64,000 nt of DNA from Eledone cirrhosa (Eukaryota), in the NCBI GenBank assembly GCA_964016885.1, contig OZ024740.1, forward strand, positions 256,866,001-256,930,000, written 5' to 3'. This document shows, in pieces, positions 52,480 through 64,000 of the stretch. A program made the translations under genes and the position numbers. The notes beneath the pieces are model-generated. The model did not search any database. It saw nothing but the letters and a program-made list of their open reading frames with translations, and was not told the DNA's origin. Position 1 is the first letter of the stretch. Every line of letters begins with the position of its first letter.

Positions 52480-52888
52480 AATAATATAATATATTTGTAA
52501 ACGATATACCAGAATATATCAACTGAGAAACAAACTAGTATTTTATAAATATATACATATACACAATGATATGTAGATTTATATACACATTTAAAGTTAT
52601 ACAGGTGTTAAAATAAAACTATTCATTTAAAGATTATATTATACTTAAATGGCCGTACATCCAAATATAGCCATGTAATCATATGGCCAAATTTAGATGT
52701 ACGGCCATTTAAGTATAATATAGTCTTTAAATGAGTAGTTTTAATTTAACACCTGTATAAATTTAAATTTGTATATAATTTGGTATATATAATTTGTATA
52801 TCATTTGGTATATACATATATGTATAAAATGCTAGTTTGTTTCTCAGTTGATATATCTTGCTATAGCGTTTAAAATATATTATATTAT
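52480..52888. repeat. AT-rich fold-back, ~190-bp arms
   Basis: tcaactgagaaacaaactag..aaatggccgtacatc / gatgtacggccattt..ctagtttgtttctcagttga. Confidence 0.8.
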
Positions 52889-53072
52889 CGGGTGAATTGG
52901 CAATATCGGTAGAGTGTCGGATGCCATGCTTTCTAATATAGTTACGTCCCTTTACAGTCTGAGTTCAAATCCCGTCGAGGTTAACTTTGCCATTCATCCT
53001 TACGGAGTCGATAAAATAAAGTACCAGTAATGTACTGGTTAATTGCTGGCCTTGTGCCAAAAGTAGAAACAA
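52889..53072 (+). mobile_element. Near full-length Nin-type tRNA-SINE
   Basis: A box TGGCAATATCGG, B box GAGTTCAAATCC, core and tail. Confidence 0.9.
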
Positions 53073-53382
53073 TTATATTATATTATATTATATATATATA
53101 TGTGTGTGAGTGTGTGCGCGTGTGTGTGCCTGTGTATGTGTGTGCCTGTGTGTGTGTGTCTGTGACGTGGGGGTGTATGTCTTTTCTAATCTACCTATAT
53201 CTGTATATCTGCCTCTATATAGCTACAGCTATATTCTGCGCGTGAGCTTCTTACATCTAATTATAAGTCTATCACTTCCGCGCTTAGTAAGTTCGAAAAT
53301 TCGAGATCATACGCGACATTCGTTCACATTTTCGAAAGTTGTTTGATTCACTTCCTTATTTAGACAGTAGCATATTATCAGG

Positions 53383-53445
53383 CGTCCCTTAGCTCAATTG
53401 TTAGAGCACCTAGCTGGTTGCTGGGAGATAAGGTGATCGATTCTT
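53383..53445 (+). other. tRNA-derived (pseudo-tRNA/SINE head) sequence
   Basis: TAGCTCAATTGTTAGAGCA D-arm and a degenerate T-arm; no clean acceptor stem. Confidence 0.45.
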
Positions 53446-53912
53446 CATAACAACTGCTGTAACTTTTTTTCGTCTCTAGGGGGATCTTTACCCGATTTAG
53501 GTAAGCGACTTTATAGCAAGCGACCCACCTACACTTTTACACACACACTCACACACACACACACATATAAATATATATATATTGTCATCACTTTTCTAAG
53601 ATTCGATGTTTGAAATATTAACACAATTTGTGAAACTGCGATGGGTGGTGTCGAGGGTATAATTCTCCCCTTCAGTCTCCATGCATATTATCTCTCTCCC
53701 TTCTCTCTCTCTCTCTTTCTCTTTCTCTACCTATATATATTATATATGTGTGTGTACGTACATAAACTAACACATAAGCAAGACACACACAGACACACGC
53801 ACACACATGTGTGCGCGCGCGCGCCTGTATGTGTGCGTATTGTCCTTAGGGAAATTAAGTCTATTTATCTACTGTATTATTTCGAGAAATCTTTTGGGAT
53901 TAACCGCTACAG

Positions 53913-54021
<109 letters not shown>

Positions 54022-54102
54022 TGTGTGTGTTGAGTAAACAGATACGTGTTTTAAGTGTAGAATATATATAGCAACTTTCTACTACTGTCACTTTTTTAGA
54101 GA

Positions 54103-54159
<57 letters not shown>

Positions 54160-54572
54160 TAAAAGTATATATATATATATATATTGTATAACTGCTGTAT
54201 ATCCACTATGTGTAGTGGGTGTAGAATATATATTTTGTGTTGAGTATATATAATTTCTATATATTATATGTACGGTGTGTGTATCTATATATATAAAACT
54301 GATGTTGTCTATGTGTGTGTGTTTCCTCATTTTTGCAAAGTCTATACAAATCCACATTTCTACTCCGATTGAGGTCAAACTTGCATTTATATATTGTTTG
54401 CGGCCTAAAGATACTAAATGCCGCTTTTATTTTTCGATTTTCTGTTGTTAAAGGGGTGTTAGGCGCCGGTTATCGATCGCCGTGGAGCCCTTATAATATC
54501 TGTCTCTATGTCTAACTGTCTGCATAACGACATTCTGACGAACACGCCATTGCTGACGTATTATCTTCGCTA

Positions 54573-54709
<137 letters not shown>

Positions 54710-54949
54710 ACACACACACACACACACTCACACACTCTCACACACACACACACACACACACCCATATACATATATACTTATATATACATATATATATACA
54801 CACATATATATATTTATACACACATATATACACATATACATATATATATATATATATACATATACAAACATATACAAATATATAGATATACACATATACA
54901 AATATATAAATATACACATAAAAATATATGTATATATACACACACACAT

Positions 54950-55017
<68 letters not shown>

Positions 55018-55318
55018 TCATACATACACATATACACACACACATATACATATATACCAACCTACAATGTATCTGTATATATATATATATATACAGATAC
55101 ATTGTAGGTTGCTTTAACCTGTCTTAACCTTTTGTGGGCCATTCATCTAAATGTAGACCAAAAAATACCAAAAAACTGACAAGAACGATGGAGATTGAAT
55201 GTTCGAAATAAGCAGTTTCCTACCGAGCTATTAGTTCACGCGGGATTCTCTGTTACACATTTTCGTAATAATACCGAACAACGTACTGCTGGTCACTCCT
55301 TCTTCCAAAAGCCGTACA

Positions 55319-55477
<159 letters not shown>

Positions 55478-55560
55478 AATAACCTATGATTTCTAAATAA
55501 CCTGATGATTTCTAAAGAATGAAACAGTTCTAGTCCTGTAGAATCTCATCTATATTAAAA

Positions 55561-55710
<150 letters not shown>

Positions 55711-56214
55711 ATAAGAACAGATTAAAGGTTAGGCAAAGAATCGCTGCTTTCAACATTAACGGGATCTTCTGAAACTAAAAAATTTAATCTGTGAACGCAG
55801 ATGTAAATATTTCGAGAAACGTTGCAACCGAAGGAAAACAGGAAGACGATATTTTGGTTCGTGAAGACGTTCCCTGGCAATGAAGGGGGAAAAAGCGAGG
55901 ATAATACGTCGTTATGTGGACTGAGAAGAACAATTTCATGCAAAGACAAGACCAAGTTTATGGTATAAATGGAGTCGTTAGACTAATGTTCTATTTAAAA
56001 TAACCGAATCATTTCCAGCCCCGGAGTTTAAGAATGATGTAAATAAAATTGAAAACAGAGGTTATTAAAATAGTAAAATAAATAGTGAAGATTTAGGCCA
56101 GTACATACGTATGCGCCGACGGACATACACATACATATACATACGCACACACAAAACATACACACACACAAACACACACACGCACTCGCACGCACGCACC
56201 TGCGTGTGTGTATA

Positions 56215-56634
56215 AACCTTATGCATTTCTACAGTATTTTCACCAAACTTAAGACATAGGTTATTTATGTACTCCGGATGGTCATGGGCACTTTTATTTT
56301 TCCAGATATTGATTATTGGGCCTCCCGGCAGATAACCCCCTTCAACCGCTTCCTTGGAGTCGACTGAATAACTGCAGTGCAATGCAACAAAACGTCATAA
56401 CTTCTGGAGTTCGCATCGATTTTCACAAAACTTGACACATGGGCTACGTTTGTTTTACAGATGAATGTGAATTGGCACATATTGAGTAGGGGATCCCTGG
56501 GGGCAGGAACCCACTTTGGGAAAAAGCCGATGATTTTGTAAAAGTATAGTTTTCGAAGCATCACTGAAGTATTGACATAAATGGTATACATCGCTGCTAT
56601 TTAATACCCGAGCAACGCCGGGTACCTCTGCTAG
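56215..56634 (+). mobile_element. Non-autonomous Helitron-type element (3' end)
   Basis: Hairpin TACCCG-agcaacgc-CGGGTA (56605-56624) then CTAG|T; internal ttttcac.aaactt repeats. The 5' boundary is uncertain. Confidence 0.6.
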
Positions 56635-57049
56635 TAATGTGTAAAGCGATTTCATACTGTTTAGTGTCTTATGACGTAGAAAATATATATATATATTGCT
56701 ATTGTATATTACTGTTTTCTGTCGTCTGTAATTGTTCGCGTATATTTTGTGTATATCTGATCGTGTATAACTTCCTGACGCAATTCAAAAATGGTGCCTT
56801 AACGTACCATTTTTGTTCGAGCCAGTTCATGCGTCTCCTAATTTTAAATTAAAGAATGAATCACTAATATATTGGAAAATTGAGCCCACTTCACGAATAT
56901 GAAAATGAAATCAAGTTGAAAATGAATGGAATGAATATCCGTCGATTTCTACGACGAGTGTTATAGTTGCTCGATCAACCGACCAACGAGCTCATAAAAT
57001 GACAGTACCATTGGCTGAATTTTTAAAGACGCACACCACATCTTTAACA

Positions 57050-57098
57050 TATGTGAAGTTTACATAATCCAGAGGATCGATTATGTAAACTTCACATA
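57050..57098. repeat. Perfect 20-bp hairpin
   Basis: tatgtgaagtttacataatc-9 nt-gattatgtaaacttcacata. Confidence 0.85.
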
Positions 57099-57865
57099 CA
57101 TAGAATTTTGTATAACATTATTTCTATATGGTAGAAATAATCTGTGAAATGTATACGTGAATGAATTAATTTCATCCAGCCATGGCCCCTAAACTCCTGA
57201 AGGAAGTCGTATGATCGTTAACATGACGTACGCTATGGTCTGGGGGATTTAAACCTTGAGGATCCCATCAACCACCCGCTCGGAACACAGGTGGTTTCTT
57301 CCAAAAGAAAGAGAGAGGGGGATGATATATAGAGGAAGAATAACCTCAGTATATGACTGGTACTGCTTTTTAATCGCCCGTAAACATATGAAAGACAAAG
57401 CTGATCTCAGTGGGATGTGAACTCAGATCGCAGTGAGCCGGAACAAATGCTGCGAAGCTCTTACAAATTAAAGAATGTATTACATTTATTAAATATATTT
57501 ATCTCTAATTTTCCAATTTCACCATCTTCACCAACATTACTTATATACGAACTGTTCATTCCGAAACCCAATAAATAAATGTTGCAACTGATTTTTGCTT
57601 TTATCGCGAATTACAGTAGTTATCTTAGCCTAAAGGTCATCTACAGAGGAAGGTGTGCTATAATAAACAATTATCTTTACATGTCTCTACAAAATTAAGT
57701 TGAAGTAATTATAATAATTTTGGGGATTGAAGACGATAAATAGATGCTTCAGGCATCTAAATCTTCTTTTCAAATTAATTCAAAGATATATAGAATTAAA
57801 AATATTAAAACACTCAAAACAAAAATTCTATTATTACTCAAGGGCATTATAACGATCTTGTGCGG

Positions 57866-57941
<76 letters not shown>

Positions 57942-58482
57942 ATGAATGTATGTATAGCGGCGATGTGTAATTTGTAGAGTAAGTCCACAAATAAATTGTA
58001 AAATCTCGAAATGTTGTCTATGGTATAAGATGTAGAGAGTGTAGCTGCCGAAACATGACGACATATATAGGAGAGAGGGCCCGTATCATAGGAGATAGAT
58101 TAGATGGACACTAGAGTGATCTAAAAGGACAAGAAGATAATTCGGTACTATGTGAACACATAGAAGTTAAAATAACATCTAAACATAGGAATGACTCAAC
58201 AATTAGACAAATTAGGGAGGTTACAGAAAAAGAATTAAGAAACAGAAGACATGAATAGAATAAAACAACCATACAAAAACACAAACTAGTGACCAAAGAT
58301 AGAGTATAAATATACAAAAATGCAATGACAACATCCACCCAAAATCATAATAGTGACCAAAGGTAAAATATAAATACATAAACACACGCAGACTCAGATA
58401 CGAGCACACGAACACTCACCAAACAGAATACACGCACACCAACGCATGCGCAAACAGAGATAACAATAAATAAACAAACAAA

Positions 58483-58545
<63 letters not shown>

Positions 58546-58777
58546 AATAAAAAAAAAACGTTGTAGGAACACAATGGGAGGAAACACAAGAATCATTGAT
58601 GTCACTTTGAAAAACTATATTTATATTTTTATTTATATTTTAAACTGTTGGTCAATCAATTGATTACCAGATAAATTATTTATAGAAATGTAAAAATATA
58701 CTTAAGCGAAAACCAAACCAAACTGCGAGTGTGTTTTACTATCTTTTCTGGCAATGCTAGGACAACATGACGTTCCT

Positions 58778-58865
<88 letters not shown>

Positions 58866-58918
58866 AAAGTTCTATTTAAATTGTTGAGATACAAGTAAAT
58901 ATTTTTATAACTGATATA

Positions 58919-59339
58919 AAGCACTCGACAAGTATGTGGAGTAGATATACGATATTAACAAATGGAAACTAAATTTATAAAACCATATTTATTTCATTAT
59001 TCATATTTCAAGGATACCTAGTTAAATTATGGTATGCCTTCATCAGACAACATACAATATATATCAGTTTTACGAATAAGCATTGAATAAGCATCTCTCC
59101 GTCTTTTGTACTTATCCATAACACTCCGACTTACTAAAATAATATAAACAAACCACTATCCTGATGTCCTCCAAAAGTAATGGTCGCATTTTGAAAGGGT
59201 ACGTCAATGCTTATTTGTAAAACTGATATATATTGTATTTTGTCTGATGAAGGCATACCATAATTTAACTTGGTATCCTTGAAATATGTATAATGAAATA
59301 AATATGGTTTTATAAATATAGTTTCCATTTGTTAATATC

Positions 59340-59341
<2 letters not shown>
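58919..59341. mobile_element. Fold-back element with two outward hammerheads (family of 32040)
   Basis: Arms 58949-59086 and 59204-59341. Confidence 0.85.
59238..59298 (+). ncRNA. Minimal type I hammerhead ribozyme
   Basis: UUUUGU-CUGAUGA-[AGGcAUACCA..UGGUAUCCUu]-GAA-AUAUGUAU-A^AUGAAA. Mirror copy at about 58992-59050 (-). Confidence 0.65.
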
Positions 59342-59405
<64 letters not shown>

Positions 59406-59415
59406 CATGCATATA

Positions 59416-59561
59416 AGGTGGCGGCGTCGGGTAAAATTTCGCTCAAAGGATAGAAATCTGTGGCTAGAAGTGTGGTGGACTGTACAAGCTTCTACGGGCC
59501 AGCACTCATATAGACACAGATTTCTATCCTTTGAGGAAAATTTTACCTGACTCCGCCATTG
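59416..59561. mobile_element. MITE-like hairpin element (hAT-like ends)
   Basis: ~50-bp imperfect TIRs TGGCGG.GTC.GGTAAAATTT..CTCAAAGGATAGAAATCTGTG. No clear TSD. Confidence 0.55.
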
Positions 59562-59615
59562 ACGGCATTTTGCATTTTTAACAGCTTACTTTCGCTGAGT
59601 TTTTCCAATTGCTCT

Positions 59616-59662
<47 letters not shown>

Positions 59663-59729
59663 ATATCTATATCTATATCTATATCTATATCTATATATAT
59701 GTGTGTGTGTGTGCATATATTTATATATA

Positions 59730-60610
59730 CGCGATGTGTCAGAAAAGTTCCAGGACTGATGTCACAAAAGATTTATTTCAAACCGAAACTTCACACTAAG
59801 AGTTTTCTTATTCAAAGTAACCCCCCTGGAGTCTAATGCATTTTTCCATACTTTTCTGCCACGCTTGCATGCATTCATACAAGGATTCTTCGGGGATTTT
59901 CCGCAGTTTCGTCGTCACGGCCTTTTTGATGTCGTCCACGTCTTCAAAACGGGTCCTCTCCGCGTCGTACTCGAGGATCCATGACTCATCACCGGTGATG
60001 ACTGTCCCTAGCAAGTCTGGTTCGGTTTCAAGGCGCTCAAGGATGTCCTGACACCCTTGCATGCGTCGACCCATCTTGTCATCGTGCAGCAGTTTTGGCA
60101 CCATTTTCGCGCAGATTTTCCGCATGTCCAGATCTTCAGTGAGAATCTTCCAGACGCTGTTCCGATTTGCCATCAGTCGAACAGTCAGCCGACGATCGCT
60201 ACGGACCATCTGCCTGACGCACTCAACGTCGACCTCAGTCCTGTTTGTTGAGGGCCTTCCGCTCCTGGGGTCATCTTCCACGTCCTCGCGTCCTTCTTTA
60301 AACCTCTTGCACCACTCAAAAACATTTGAGCGTGACATCGTCTCACCTCCATAGACTTGCTGCAGTAATCCCAGTGCTTCTGGCGGAGTTTTCAAGTTTG
60401 TTCGTTGCTCTGTGCTCATTGCTTGACGACCTGAAACAGAGGAGATGTATATAAAATTATGAAGAAAAAAGTTTGATCGCCGCAGAGAGGTAAGATTAGA
60501 GTTACATACTCCAGGGGGATTACTTTGAAGGAGAAAATTCTTAGTGTGAAGTTTGGGTTTGAAATAAATCTTTTGTGACATCAGTCCTGGAACTTTTCTC
60601 ACACACCTCG
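59730..60610 (-). mobile_element. Internally deleted mariner transposon with ~103-bp inverted ends and TA TSD
   Basis: HTH region (WCKRFKEGREDVEDDPRSGRP), AKMVPK and TGDESW, then a jump to RFEDVDDIK. TA at 59728 and 60611. Confidence 0.92.
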
Positions 60611-60649
60611 TATATAACCAAAGATTAATATGTTTCGTTGATTAGTCAA

Positions 60650-61022
60650 TAGATTAGAAGCACTCGACAAAGGATATTGCTGGAATATTAATTATTATCT
60701 AAAATATTAATAAAAGAAAAATATTCTCATAATCAAAATATATATTTTATTATACATATTTCAATGGTACAATGGTGTTTAAGTACTTTTTCATCAGACA
60801 AAATATAAGATTGATATACGACATACCGCTACGGTTTTGATTATTCAATTCCAGTAGTGGCACTACTGGAATTGAATAATCAAAAAAGTAGCGGTATGTG
60901 TCATATCAAATCTAATATTTTGTTTGATGAAAACGTACTTAAACACAATTGTACCATTGAAATATATATAATAAAATATATATTTTGAGTATGAGAATAT
61001 TTTTCATTTATTACTATTTTGA

Positions 61023-61025
<3 letters not shown>
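60650..61025. mobile_element. Fold-back element with hammerheads (family of 32040)
   Basis: Palindrome centred on 60860 with ~160-bp arms. CUGAUGA core at 60791-60797 (-); UUGAUGA on the right arm. Confidence 0.85.
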
Positions 61026-61082
<57 letters not shown>

Positions 61083-61990
61083 GTAATTATAAGTAATTAT
61101 AAGTAATTATATATTATATTATGTTAATTATTTTATATTATATTATATTGTATTTGTTATTGTAATATCGATCCTTATTACTTACTGTTAATTATATGTA
61201 ACATTATGATATGTTAAACTTTATATATCATGTAAGATGTTTATATTTTTGTACCATCATAATTTTTGGGTATTGTACAATTTATTTTTCCTCACCTACT
61301 CTGTAACTCTATCTGAACTGATTTGTTAACTTGAATGCCATTATATATTGTATATTATAAATGTTAGTATATTATTATTATAGTATTATTGTGACATCTA
61401 TATTGTTTGTGTAAATTAACCGGAGATTATCTATTCTATTATATTATATTATATAGTATATAATTGTATAATTTATTATATATTATATGTGATACTTATA
61501 ATAATATCATATTATTACCTCATGTATATTGGGTATATGTATTATTATTATTATTATTATTTTTATTCCTATCATGCATATTTATATTTAAACTCTTAAT
61601 AAGGTTTAATTTGTGCAGTTGAAGATGGATATGTGTATTGATGTCTGTGTATGTGTGCGTACGTGTGCGTACATATATACATATGTATATTGTACCTTTT
61701 GATTTTTATTGTAATTTTAATATTGGTAAAGGTATATTATATTATATTACATTGTACTATATTTAATTCCTGCTCTATATAACCACCTTTGTTTAACTCT
61801 AGGGTTTCTTTGCTTTGGACTATATTTGTAATATGGTTCTGAATGTTATACACCTCCTTAGTGATTTTTATTATATATTTTTATTATATATTTTTACCCA
61901 TAATCTTGCAATACTTTAGTGTATGTACACTCCATATTCTTCGGAGTTTCCGGCTTGTATTGGCCGATAATACATCTTGTTGTTTTAATT

Positions 61991-62028
61991 GCCCTGATGA
62001 GTCCTTAATAGGACGAAACATTGTTGGC
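61991..62028 (+). ncRNA. Canonical minimal type I hammerhead ribozyme
   Basis: GCC-CUGAUGA-GUCCuuaauaGGAC-GAA-ACAuUGU-U^GGC, then AATAAA and (TA)n. Confidence 0.8.
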
Positions 62029-62075
62029 CAATAAAGGCTTTTGATGTATTGAAGGTTTCTTTGTTTTACTTTCAT

Positions 62076-62106
<31 letters not shown>

Positions 62107-62157
62107 GAAGTATTTCCGTAGGAAAGGTAAATTATTTTATGTTGTTTATTACATAAC

Positions 62158-62275
<118 letters not shown>

Positions 62276-62954
62276 TACATACATATATAAATATATAAGT
62301 GGGTGTGTATGTGGTTAGCCTGCATATACATGTTTGTTATTTACCACCAGATTCTTTTCATGGTACCTTAACTGTATATAAAATGAAGTGAGATTTAGTG
62401 ACGTTCATTTTATTCCTACCAGTTTTCTATGAGCCCTTAACGCTCGCTGGTGTTGTAAGGGCGTCATTTTGACATGCAGCTCGATTTTTGGTATTTAAAA
62501 CTAACAGAGCCCTCCCTTCTCTGTCTGAACACAGCCGAGATTTTTCACTCCCAATCCAACAAACATATATATACCAGTACCATCACCTACTGAAACGTTG
62601 AAAAACCCCAGTTAATGAGAAAACGCTGCTAAACGAATGACCTAGATATTAACTACCACACCCTAAATCTAAAAGTTTAAGGATACATTACGGGCGGAGT
62701 GATGGTTGCCTGTATACGGAGATTAACTAGCTTTTACTTTTTCGGTATTATAATCTCAGTACTTTTCTGACTGTTGCTATTCTTAAGACTGTTGTTGCTG
62801 TTGATATCATTCTTATATATCTGTTGTTGGTATTGTCGTTACTGTTGTAAAATCTATTGTTTTGGTTGTGGCGAATATTTCATATCCATATGTATAATCC
62901 AATATGTCAGCCTTTCTGCATTAATACCATATGATCTCTCTGTCTGTCTCCCCC

Positions 62955-63067
<113 letters not shown>

Positions 63068-63087
63068 CATACATATATATATACATA

Positions 63088-63854
63088 TGATGACGAAAGG
63101 CTTCTCTGTACGCTTCTTCGGAAAGTATGTTTATTCCCTTTCAGAAACTAATTAGTTGGGAGTGAAATTTTAGTAAGTAAGTTAATTTTATAATTTTCTT
63201 ATTTTACGTCTGTCATATTATTGTTCTGCAACCCCATGCATTGAACCACAAAGTTACTAAGACAAAACCTATATATTTGCTAGCATAAGTATGCATCTGT
63301 GTATATATATGTTACTAGATATACTAATTCTTTATAATTATCTCCAAATTATTTGTCGAGCAAAAAATTGGCCAAAACTGCTGCTATAGTAACAGTCAGG
63401 CTGCTGTCTTCTTAACAAACCACTTTCCACTGATTGACATCGATGTCACGTGATTGATTCTTTTGAATTTGCCACCGACGCAGTAGGCAGTGATTTTCTC
63501 AATGGCTAGGAATTTAGTCCACGCTTTGCTTTCTTCCATCCACTGAATTATTCTTGTATAAGTTCCCTGTGTCCACGTATTGCCTGGAAACTTAGCTGAG
63601 AATAGACTTCCCTGATGACGAAAGGCTTCTCTGTACGCTTCTTCGGAAAGTATGTTTATTCCCTTTCAGAAACTGATTAGTTGGGAGTGAAATTTTAGTA
63701 AGTAAGTTAATTTTATAATTTTTTTATTTTACGTCTCTCATATTATTGTTCTGCAACCCCATGCATTGAACCACAAAGTTACTAATACAAAACCTATATA
63801 TTTGCTAGCATAAGTATGCATCTGTGTATATATATGTTACTAGATATACTAATT

Positions 63855-63911
<57 letters not shown>

Positions 63912-64000
63912 AGACGTAAAATAAGAAAATTATAAAATTAACTTACTTACTAAAATATCACTTCCAACTAATTAGTTTCTGGAATGGAGTAAATATATTT
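63088..64000 (+). mobile_element. 525-bp-period partial tandem unit with a hammerhead-like motif, plus an inverted copy at the window end
   Basis: 63088-63336 is repeated at 63613-63861. CTGATGA-CGAAAGGC..GCTTCTTCG-GAAA at 63612. 63910-64000 is a reverse copy of about 63122-63212. Confidence 0.7.

Noticed and set aside
55499-55540. CTGATGA-TTTCTAAAGAAT-GAAAC
   Set aside because: The core is present but I could not find convincing stems I and III.
59808-60602. 264-aa ORF as an intact transposase
   Set aside because: Its N-terminus is translated TIR, and the second and third catalytic Asp regions are deleted.

Overview
AT-rich, microsatellite-dense animal DNA. The Nin/Deu-core and CORE-type tRNA-SINEs and the repeat make-up suggest an octopod cephalopod (inference). 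I recognise no host protein-coding exon; nearly everything interpretable is transposon-derived. Positions 1-23 kb hold a same-strand (minus) pile-up of at least 5 degraded Tx1/L1-clade LINEs. These have (ATT)n tails and are separated by (AAT)n-SINE-(AAT)n modules. Positions 24-31 kb hold SINEs and RTE-type fragments. Positions 31-64 kb hold Penelope-like element (PLE) RT and GIY-YIG remnants plus many non-coding fold-back or partially tandem insertions in (TA)n tracts. Many of these carry minimal type I hammerhead ribozymes (HHRs) whose 3' ends point outward from the fold-back centre. This is the most interesting system here: probable PLE-mobilised retrozymes (monomers about 434, 525 and 1961 nt) with a two-ended/twin-priming integration signature. 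Also present are a deleted mariner with extended TIRs, a hAT-like MITE and a Helitron-type 3' end. All alignments and folds were done by eye, so boundaries are approximate.
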